A stretch of DNA of 64,000 nt from a virus (taxonomy: Duplodnaviria; Heunggongvirae; Uroviricota; Caudoviricetes): the IMG/VR virus record IMGVR_UViG_3300021387_000529, positions 1 through 64,000 of that record; one strand, given 5' to 3'. Position 1 is the stretch's first letter. Each line of letters begins with the position of its first letter. The position numbers and the translations under genes are program-made. The notes below the pieces were generated by a model that was not told the DNA's origin, made no database searches, and was given only the letters and a program-made list of their open reading frames with translations. Below are positions 56,843-64,000 of the stretch, one piece after another.

Positions 56843-57733
56843 ATGGGTGGCGGTTGCTATTCTTCAAGTTCATTTGCTAGCTATTCATTAAGCAGTGGCA
56901 AATCATATGATGTACATACAAAACGTATTTCTGGGCAGAAGTTTGACGTTACAAGGTTGAAAGAAGCCCTCAATCCGAAAAATAAAATTCGTGAATGTTG
57001 CAATTCAGACGAGCATCCAAATACTGTTCCAGTTATTCTTGCACTTGATGTAACTGGCTCAATGGGCGAAGCTTGCAAGGAAACAGCTGAAGCGCTTTCA
57101 CAGATTATGGACACCCTTTATACAAAGTTTAAGGATGTTGAAGTCATGGTAATGGGTGTTGGCGACTTTGAATGTGATGACGCTCCGCTTCAGGTTTCAC
57201 AGTTTGAGTCTGACGTTCGTGTTGCTCAGCAGCTCGACCAGATTTGGATGGAACATGGTGGTGGTGGAAACAGATATGAAAGCTACACAGCTCCATGGCT
57301 GTTTGGCCTTTACCGCACAAAACTTGACGCATTCGACAAACAGGGACGTAAAGGCATAATTATCACTATGGGTGATGAGCCTCTTAATCCAGACTTGCCG
57401 CTTGGTCGTGTTAAAGAATATCTTGGAAATGTTGATGGCGAGCAGCTTTCAGCAAAAGACCTTGAAACAAAGACACTTTATGAAAATGCTTCAAAGAAAT
57501 TTGACATCTACCATATCGGCGTAAAGAGCAGACACAATGCATATGACCGCTATAAGAATGACATTAAAGAGTCATTTGGAAGCGTTATTGGCCAGAACTT
57601 GAGAGAGTCTACAATCAATGAACTTTCAACAGTTATCTGCGAATGTATCGAAAATTCTATCAATGGCAGCGAAGTTCACTTGAAAGAGGAAGCTCCTGCT
57701 AAGACTGACAGTGAGGGTGCAATTGTATGGTAG
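56843..57733 (+). CDS. vWA-domain protein
   Basis: MIDAS LDVTGSMG, GGGN..ESY, ITMGDE. Confidence 0.85.
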   Translation: MGGGCYSSSSFASYSLSSGKSYDVHTKRISGQKFDVTRLKEALNPKNKIRECCNSDEHPNTVPVILALDVTGSMGEACKETAEALSQIMDTLYTKFKDVEVMVMGVGDFECDDAPLQVSQFESDVRVAQQLDQIWMEHGGGGNRYESYTAPWLFGLYRTKLDAFDKQGRKGIIITMGDEPLNPDLPLGRVKEYLGNVDGEQLSAKDLETKTLYENASKKFDIYHIGVKSRHNAYDRYKNDIKESFGSVIGQNLRESTINELSTVICECIENSINGSEVHLKEEAPAKTDSEGAIVW

Positions 57734-58038
57734 AAAAATGGCGGAAAAAACCAGTAACGGTTGACGCCATTCAATACATTGGAACTAAAGAGTCTTATGA
57801 TGAACTTGTAAAGTTTATCAACAACTCAGCTCCTGCCTTAAAAGTTTCAGCTAAACGTGGAGGTTTGACAACCTTCACGGAGAGCACAGTTTACATCACA
57901 ATGCCGAATGACCAGATTTTGCAAATGAATACTGGAGACTTTTTGGTAAAAGGTATTGATGGTTCAATCTATCCTGTAAGAAAAAGCACTTTTTATCGTA
58001 CATACGAAAAAGTGGATAACGGAGAAATTACATGGTAA
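57727..58038 (+). CDS. Widespread small phage protein (RKKPV...GD...YP...F..TYE family)
   Basis: WRKKPVTVDAIQY...GDFLVKGIDGSIYPVRKSTFYRTYE. Confidence 0.7.
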   Translation: MVEKWRKKPVTVDAIQYIGTKESYDELVKFINNSAPALKVSAKRGGLTTFTESTVYITMPNDQILQMNTGDFLVKGIDGSIYPVRKSTFYRTYEKVDNGEITW

Positions 58039-58472
58039 TCAGTAAGAATGGAATGGTTGGCACTTCAAACAGTGGAATGATAATGGCTTATGCGCTTGAA
58101 ATTGAGTCAGAAGGTTTTGACAATCTTTTTACACACAAACTTGAAAGGCTTGAAGCTGCAGTCATTTTACAGAATGCAAGCCACTTCCATCTTCATGCTG
58201 TTATCAAGTCTCACATTTCAGGTGATGAAGGTGAATTGAAAGTTGATTTTGACGATGAGACATATGTCGAATTCCTAACAAAAGTAAACAGACTTGATGT
58301 TTTTGGCAGTAATCTTGTTTCATGCAAAAAACCAAGTGACGAAATAAAAGACGGGATTTTTGCGGCCATTATTGACAAATCAACTGATGATAGGCCAACA
58401 TTTGAAAAAGATACAGATGGTTATCTCAGAAAATATGAGCATGATGATGACCCAATGGCAATAAGGTGGTAA
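58032..58472 (+). CDS. Hypothetical protein
   Basis: GGAG RBS. Confidence 0.65.
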   Translation: MVISKNGMVGTSNSGMIMAYALEIESEGFDNLFTHKLERLEAAVILQNASHFHLHAVIKSHISGDEGELKVDFDDETYVEFLTKVNRLDVFGSNLVSCKKPSDEIKDGIFAAIIDKSTDDRPTFEKDTDGYLRKYEHDDDPMAIRW

Positions 58473-58478
58473 GATAAA

Positions 58479-59621
58479 ATGATAGACTTTCATGTAGTAA
58501 TTGGAACAGTTGCAGGAGATGAGGGAAAAGGCACAATCACAGCACAGATTGCAGCTAATCACTCAAATGTCTTGAATGTACTTACAAATGGTGGAGCACA
58601 GCGCGGACATACAGTTGTTTTCGAAGATGGAGACAAACTGGTTAAAAAAACTAACAAACATTTTGGAAGCGCAACGTATCTGCATGCATCAAATTATTTT
58701 TCTTCATCATTTATTCTTGACCCAATGCAGTTCAAGCTTGAATATGAAAGCTATGGTTATCACGAGTTTGGAGGTTTATACAGGCATCCAAATTGCCGTT
58801 GGGTTACGCCTTTTGACATAATGGCCAACCAAGCTGAAGCAAAAGCTCGTGGAGTTCACAACACTTGTGGAATGGGAATTTGGAAAACTATTCAGAGATT
58901 TGCTAACAGCCGTTGGAGCATGCCATTTGACAGGTTTTTAGAGCTCGACTTTGACAAGAGAATTGAATACCTCAAAAGTATCGCAAAGTATTATGAGCCT
59001 GAAATGATGCGCTATAATCAGAAAGAATATGACATCTTTTTTAATGATGAGACTATTCAGACGGATTTGATTTTCCACTTCATCTCAGATTGTGAGTTTA
59101 TGCATATAAATACAATCTTAGTTGATGACAATTTTTTCGAGCTCGACAAGAGGTTTGATACAGTCATTTGTGAAAATGGACAAGGTTTGGCAATTGGTGA
59201 TGACGGAACTGATGATGTACAGAAAACTCCAACTAAGACTGGACTTGCGGCTATACCAAAAGAATTTGAAAGTTATCTTCATGAAAATAATGTAACAAAA
59301 ATCATTCATTATGTGTCACGAACTTATGAGACACGCCATGGAGATGACAGAACTTTCGACAGTATGGCTTCAAAGTACATTTCTTCTTATATTAAAGAAG
59401 ATACAGATAACCATTTCAACATGTGGCAAGGTAGTTTCAAATATGCTCCATTGGATGTTGGAAAATTGAATGAACGAATCGCGAAAGATTTGAAAGGTAA
59501 CTGTGAAAATACGATTACTGAGCTGGATCTAACACACTGTGATGAGGTTGGACCAGAAGGAATAGTTTGTCCATTTGCGCAAAATACAGTTTATCGTGGT
59601 TCACCAATAGTTAAAGTCTAA
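58479..59621 (+). CDS. purA: Divergent adenylosuccinate synthetase-like protein
   Basis: GDEGKG, GGAQRGHTV, E.GQG, Y.TRHG. Confidence 0.8.
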   Translation: MIDFHVVIGTVAGDEGKGTITAQIAANHSNVLNVLTNGGAQRGHTVVFEDGDKLVKKTNKHFGSATYLHASNYFSSSFILDPMQFKLEYESYGYHEFGGLYRHPNCRWVTPFDIMANQAEAKARGVHNTCGMGIWKTIQRFANSRWSMPFDRFLELDFDKRIEYLKSIAKYYEPEMMRYNQKEYDIFFNDETIQTDLIFHFISDCEFMHINTILVDDNFFELDKRFDTVICENGQGLAIGDDGTDDVQKTPTKTGLAAIPKEFESYLHENNVTKIIHYVSRTYETRHGDDRTFDSMASKYISSYIKEDTDNHFNMWQGSFKYAPLDVGKLNERIAKDLKGNCENTITELDLTHCDEVGPEGIVCPFAQNTVYRGSPIVKV

Positions 59622-59632
59622 GAATAGAAAAA

Positions 59633-59658
59633 ATGCCGCAGAAGCGGCATTTTTTTTT
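59633..59658 (+). terminator. Intrinsic terminator
   Basis: ATGCCGC-AGAA-GCGGCAT-TTTTTTTT. Confidence 0.8.
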
Positions 59659-59686
59659 GAACTTTTAGCCTTCATATCATATATTA
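59657..59686 (+). promoter_or_regulatory. Putative early promoter TTGAA-N15-TCATATATTA
   Basis: Recurrent motif. Confidence 0.75.
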
Positions 59687-59718
59687 TATTTGTAAATAAC
59701 GATAACACGAGGTAAGAT

Positions 59719-59880
59719 ATGAGAAGCTCAGAAATTTTATTGAAAGCTGCTGAAGACGGACTTTTGAGTTGGGAGCAGCTTGCTCGTGAATTGATCGCTG
59801 AAAACAGTGAAGACGACAACGCAGAGGTTGTTCATACCTTTGAGCTCGATGATGATGAGGATGAATATGAAATTGACTAA
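59719..59880 (+). CDS. Small acidic early protein (53 aa)
   Basis: GAGG RBS; MRSSEILLKAAEDGLLSWEQLARELIAENSEDD...DDDEDEYEID. Confidence 0.65.
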   Translation: MRSSEILLKAAEDGLLSWEQLARELIAENSEDDNAEVVHTFELDDDEDEYEID

Positions 59881-60106
59881 AAAAGCTGCGCTTCGTCTTG
59901 AGCGCATTTCTGGTGAGTTTACAATGGGAATACGTGAAGATGAAGCAACTAACTTCATCAAAAACTTCCCAGATGTAGTAAAGAAACTTGCTGAAGATGG
60001 AACGCCTGATGCTGTTTTGAATGCATATAAAGCAAAATTTGAGCTTGCAGTTGCGTACGAAAAAGTTGCAAAAGCACTTAAAATTCTGGAAGGAGAAATT
60101 GTATGA
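59867..60106 (+). CDS. Hypothetical protein
   Basis: GAGGA RBS. Confidence 0.65.
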   Translation: MKLTKKAALRLERISGEFTMGIREDEATNFIKNFPDVVKKLAEDGTPDAVLNAYKAKFELAVAYEKVAKALKILEGEIV

Positions 60107-60276
60107 CAAATGCTGAAGTTATTGCTGAATTGAAAAAATGTCCGCCTGATGCTGATTGCCGTATTGACATCTACAAAAAAGAAAATGGTAAGTTTGTAAA
60201 CTCTGAATTTTATCGTCCATACGAAGTAAAGTTTGACCATGAAGAAAATGAAGTTGTGCTGAATGCAGCTGACTAA
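60103..60276 (+). CDS. Small phage protein (57 aa)
   Basis: AGGAG RBS; MTNAEVIAELKKCPPDA... Confidence 0.6.
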   Translation: MTNAEVIAELKKCPPDADCRIDIYKKENGKFVNSEFYRPYEVKFDHEENEVVLNAAD

Positions 60277-60300
60277 TTTTTTATTGGAGACTTAAAAGAA

Positions 60301-60714
60301 ATGGAAAAAGACTTTTCGCAGCTTTCTAGCAGTCAAATTAGAGATTATGAGAAAGCAATCGAAAGCTATATTGAGCAGATGTGTGGATATACACAATTAA
60401 ACTCACGTGATGTGCCAATGGGTGCTGGTCCAGCTCTTAATATGTTTGGAAAACCAAGCAATCATTACTGTTGCCGCCCAAAATATTACAGAGCAGATGT
60501 CAACACATTTGATAAGACTATCAAACTTGAATATGAGACACAGGAAACACCAATCAACGTTGCGAAAGACATGCTTCAGTATTGTCTTGACACAATTGGT
60601 GAATGGGACTTTCAAGTTGAAGATAAAATCCTTGAGCTCATCAACAATGGCTTCAAGTTTCATGTTTATGTTCATGACAGAGCTAAGAAACAAGAAGATG
60701 AGTTTGATTGGTAA
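60301..60714 (+). CDS. Hypothetical protein
   Basis: GGAG RBS. Confidence 0.65.
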   Translation: MEKDFSQLSSSQIRDYEKAIESYIEQMCGYTQLNSRDVPMGAGPALNMFGKPSNHYCCRPKYYRADVNTFDKTIKLEYETQETPINVAKDMLQYCLDTIGEWDFQVEDKILELINNGFKFHVYVHDRAKKQEDEFDW

Positions 60715-60789
60715 TTATTAATCTATAAACAAAGCAGTATGTCGAAATGCTGCTAAAAATACAAAACAATAATGGAGGTCCCGTTTAAT

Positions 60790-62091
60790 ATGTGGGAAAT
60801 CAATGGAAAGAGAACTTCTGATGAAGCAGAAGTAATGAAAGCGTTTGGCCTTAAATATCCGCCAATGGTAAAGAGTCTTGATGACACCGACCTTTATAAG
60901 GCCAGCATGGGTCAGACATATCATCATCAGTTTGGTAATTTGAAAACAACTTGGGACTTCCGTGCCCGCAATGTTGGACTTAATTCAAAGCATCCTGAAA
61001 AATACACAAAAGAAGACATCACAGAAATCAAAAATCAGCTGCGTGCATATTGCGCACTTCGTTTTGAAGACGAAGAACTTGACTATCTTCGCAACAAATG
61101 TCCTTGGATTAAAACAGACTATCTCAACTTCTTGAAGTTCTGGCATCCAGTCTTTGAAGACTTCACAGTCGAAGAAGATGAAAAGACAGGCATTAAGCTC
61201 TCATTTGCTGGTGTACAGGAATATGTAGAGTACTACGAAATTCCTGTTCTTGAAATCTGTGCAGAAACATACTACCGCAATCACTACAATTATGATGAGC
61301 TTCTTGCAAACTACAAGAAACTCACTGAAGAAAAAATTGCCAAAATGAAAGAAGGCAACTATCACTTTGGAGCATGGTCAGAGTTTGGAGCTCGCCGCCG
61401 CCTTTCTTATGAAGCACAGGAATGGTTGATTGGCCGCCTTGCTGAAGAGAAGAAATACACTGGTCCTTTCTATGGTTTCATTGGAACTTCAAATATCCGC
61501 CTTGCCCGCATGTTCAACGTAACACCTGTTGGAACTTGTGCACATGAGTTTATCGAGTGTGTTGGACAGGGTGACCCTTCACTCAATCCTGCTTACAGCA
61601 ACAAGTTCGCAATGGAAGCTTGGATTAAAGAATACGGAGTTTGGAATGGTATCTGGTTGACTGACACAATTGGTGATGAACTTTGCCGCCGTGACATGCA
61701 GAAAACATATGCAACATTGTTCAGCGGAGTTCGTAATGACTCTGGTGACCCATTTGTTTGGGCAGACAATTGGATTGAGCACTTCAAATCACTTGGAATT
61801 GACCCGAAAACAAAGACACTTTTGTTCAGCAACAGCATCAACAGTCTTGAACTGTGGGATAAACTTTGCCGCCATGTTGAAGGCCGCGCAAAACCTGCAT
61901 TTGGAATTGGCACATATTGGTCAGGTCCTCAGGACATCGACCCTCTCAACATCGTTGCAAAAGTCGTTCTGGTAAACGGAATGGACGTTGCAAAGTTGAG
62001 CGATGACGCTGGTAAAACAATGAGCCGCAGCGCTGAGTATGTTGACTATCTCAAACGTGCACTTGACTGGCGCTTGAAGAGCGGAAAATAA
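60790..62091 (+). CDS. pncB: Nicotinate phosphoribosyltransferase
   Basis: SL.DTDLYK.SM.Q, EFG.RRR.S, GTSN, P.GT.AHE, LTDT, GVR.DSGDP, FGIGT, KLSD..GK. Confidence 0.93.
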   Translation: MWEINGKRTSDEAEVMKAFGLKYPPMVKSLDDTDLYKASMGQTYHHQFGNLKTTWDFRARNVGLNSKHPEKYTKEDITEIKNQLRAYCALRFEDEELDYLRNKCPWIKTDYLNFLKFWHPVFEDFTVEEDEKTGIKLSFAGVQEYVEYYEIPVLEICAETYYRNHYNYDELLANYKKLTEEKIAKMKEGNYHFGAWSEFGARRRLSYEAQEWLIGRLAEEKKYTGPFYGFIGTSNIRLARMFNVTPVGTCAHEFIECVGQGDPSLNPAYSNKFAMEAWIKEYGVWNGIWLTDTIGDELCRRDMQKTYATLFSGVRNDSGDPFVWADNWIEHFKSLGIDPKTKTLLFSNSINSLELWDKLCRHVEGRAKPAFGIGTYWSGPQDIDPLNIVAKVVLVNGMDVAKLSDDAGKTMSRSAEYVDYLKRALDWRLKSGK

Positions 62092-62142
62092 AATGAAAAA
62101 CCGCCCTTGAGGGCGGTTAATCTAGTTTTAAGGTGGTGAAAA

Positions 62143-62709
62143 ATGATTTTATGTATATTCTTTTTGGTTGTCTGTGGTTTGTGTTTCATTGGACAATGTA
62201 TCACATCAGATTGGTATTATTCAACTCGTGATGTTGATAAAGACATAATCAAAGATGAAGAAAACCCAAAAAAGAAACGCGAGTTGAAGATTGAAAGACT
62301 TCAGTATAAAATTTCAAGGTTTACATACTTTGTTTTTGGTGAGCTAGACTCTGATTGCATACGCGCTTGGATAGTTGGTTTAGCAGCTGTTGCTTTTGGT
62401 TTATTTTTGGTCATTGCTAAATGTACTGACTCATCTGAAATTACAAATTTTAATGCAAAATATGACTATTATGCAACTGCCATTGAGCAAGGATATATTT
62501 GGAACTCGCAGGATGACATTGTATTTGAACAAAGAAAAATTGCTGAAATGAAAGCTTGGGTTCATGAGCATCCAATCAGAACTTTCTTCAAAGTTGAAGA
62601 TGTCGATGCTTTGTATGATAAAGTCATGAAGTTTGAAATTCCTGCAATTGAAAACACAGCAAAGTATCAGTTGAATACTACACGAAATGTAATAAAAACA
62701 GAGAGGTAA
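62143..62709 (+). CDS. Membrane protein (2 TM)
   Basis: Two hydrophobic segments; AAGGTGG RBS. Confidence 0.65.
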   Translation: MILCIFFLVVCGLCFIGQCITSDWYYSTRDVDKDIIKDEENPKKKRELKIERLQYKISRFTYFVFGELDSDCIRAWIVGLAAVAFGLFLVIAKCTDSSEITNFNAKYDYYATAIEQGYIWNSQDDIVFEQRKIAEMKAWVHEHPIRTFFKVEDVDALYDKVMKFEIPAIENTAKYQLNTTRNVIKTER

Positions 62710-62716
62710 AACGCAT

Positions 62717-62965
62717 ATGAAATATGACAACAAAATTCGTAACCACATTATCTATGTAAAAGGTGGTGAAAAAGGCAATGGTTATATTGCAAGCAAACCA
62801 AATGGTGGTGACTACAAAATTACGCCGTATCTTCAGAAAGCTCGTGTTTTTAGCTCATCTGGAGCAGCCTTAAATGCAGCCAACTTTGTAGCTAAGCAGT
62901 TTGGTTTTGCATCCTACGGCAACAATCTCCAGATTATACCAGTTGTTCTGGTAGAGGTAAAATAA
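62717..62965 (+). CDS. Hypothetical protein
   Basis: GAGG RBS. Confidence 0.65.
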   Translation: MKYDNKIRNHIIYVKGGEKGNGYIASKPNGGDYKITPYLQKARVFSSSGAALNAANFVAKQFGFASYGNNLQIIPVVLVEVK

Positions 62966-62968
62966 AAT

Positions 62969-63466
62969 ATGAGTAGCGGACTTCATAATCGATGTAAAGA
63001 ACGAGCACAGAAAAAGAGAAAGTGCCAAGCAGCATTCTATGAAAGATATTATGGTGTAGTCAAATTGATGTTCAAATATCTTCTTGAATGTGAGTATGTT
63101 CCATTGATGTTCGAAAACGAGCATGAAGTTGAGTATGAAGCTGATGAGCTCAGAAAGATTTGGAAGTCTGTTTTCAAGCTTCCGTATCTCAGTATTCGTG
63201 GAATAACTGAAAGCAGAGCGCCAATCCCATATAAGATTGTTTACAATCGTTGGAAGCGCTTTCTTAAGGAACGCTTGGTTCATTTGCGTTCATTGTATCT
63301 TATTGAAGTTATTGGATGCAGTATGCGAGATGATGTAAAAATCAATATTCGTGAATTGTATTCAGTTCATAAAGAAATCAATGAATATATAAATACACAA
63401 GTTTTGCCACAAGCTTGGGTACAAAATTACAATAAACAGGTTGACGAAAACCTGGAGGAGAAATAA
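62969..63466 (+). CDS. Hypothetical protein
   Basis: GAGG RBS. Confidence 0.65.
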   Translation: MSSGLHNRCKERAQKKRKCQAAFYERYYGVVKLMFKYLLECEYVPLMFENEHEVEYEADELRKIWKSVFKLPYLSIRGITESRAPIPYKIVYNRWKRFLKERLVHLRSLYLIEVIGCSMRDDVKINIRELYSVHKEINEYINTQVLPQAWVQNYNKQVDENLEEK

Positions 63467-63469
63467 AAT

Positions 63470-64000
63470 ATGGCATACGAGAAGAAAACAAAAATGAGCC
63501 TTCGACAGGCAGAACTTTTCATTCGTAATGGCGGAACTTATGACAAGTTTCAGGAAAAGAACACAGCTCTCAGCGCTGGTGAGATGAAGACATTGTGGGA
63601 CTCAGCTACAAATCTTCGTGACAGCCGTGACTTCATTGATGAAGTTTCAAAGAAAGAGCGCTACGCGACTGAAGCTTTCAGATACGGTTACATTGGAAAG
63701 ACTGTAACAGACCAGAACGGAAACACATATGTGCAGACAAATCGTGGTTCACATTATGGTTACATTGCTGCAGTTTACGATGAAAAGACAAAACGCATTT
63801 TCGCAGGTTTCACATATATCTCAGAAGATGAAAAATATGTTCATCCTGTGATCGGTCAGGCAATCGCTCTCAAACGCGCAATTGAAGCCCGTAAAGCTGG
63901 TGATTTCGACATCGACAACACAGAATGGAGCAAGCCTTATCTTCGCAATTCTGATGAGCTTCAGTTCAACCACTTCAAAGACAGAGCACGTCGCTACTTC
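63470..64000 (+). CDS. Hypothetical protein, partial, runs off window end
   Basis: GGAGGAG RBS; MAYEKKTKMSLRQAELFIRNGG... open to window end. Confidence 0.7.
   Translation, partial: MAYEKKTKMSLRQAELFIRNGGTYDKFQEKNTALSAGEMKTLWDSATNLRDSRDFIDEVSKKERYATEAFRYGYIGKTVTDQNGNTYVQTNRGSHYGYIAAVYDEKTKRIFAGFTYISEDEKYVHPVIGQAIALKRAIEARKAGDFDIDNTEWSKPYLRNSDELQFNHFKDRARRYF

Noticed and set aside
57727-58038. Anti-CBASS/Thoeris nucleotide sponge
   Set aside because: Size and context fit, but I cannot match it to a specific Acb/Tad family from sequence alone.
58479-59621. PurZ / Z-genome (2-aminoadenine) pathway
   Set aside because: Motif is GDEGKG (PurA-type Asp), not the PurZ GSTGKG; no other clear Z-pathway evidence.
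1-64000. CRISPR array, rRNA, integrase or IS element
   Set aside because: No regularly spaced repeats, rRNA signatures, or recombinase/transposase motifs seen.

Overview
Segment of a large AT-rich lytic (jumbo/myovirus-like) phage genome in the standard genetic code. The host is probably a spirochaete (Treponema-like), because the phage carries a FlaA flagellar-sheath homologue. Layout: (1) 1-5.7 kb, a minus-strand array of about 19 tRNAs without encoded CCA, several atypical tRNA-like and structured RNAs, a Zn-finger/DUF559 endonuclease and a downstream CCA-type nucleotidyltransferase; (2) 5.7-17 kb, Hsp20, modular LxE-punctuated putative head-packaged proteins (SprT, RelA/SpoT-type HD, NUDIX), an SSB-like protein and an RNA ligase; (3) 17.5-41.5 kb, tail/baseplate genes; (4) 42-64 kb, accessory genes including a truncated eukaryote-like topoisomerase IB, secreted nuclease, FlaA, PARG-like macrodomain, AEP, PncA/PncB/NadE, vWA and a PurA-like protein. 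Best candidate new system: a 48-codon leader ORF (5468-5614, minus) followed by overlapping antiterminator and terminator helices at the head of the tRNA array. Its codons match the array's anticodons almost exactly, which suggests a translation-sensing attenuator that switches on phage tRNAs when host tRNAs are depleted. Two recurrent promoter-like motifs are also visible: TTGAA-N15-TCATATATWA and ACTAATT. All calls are by eye; no database searches were run.
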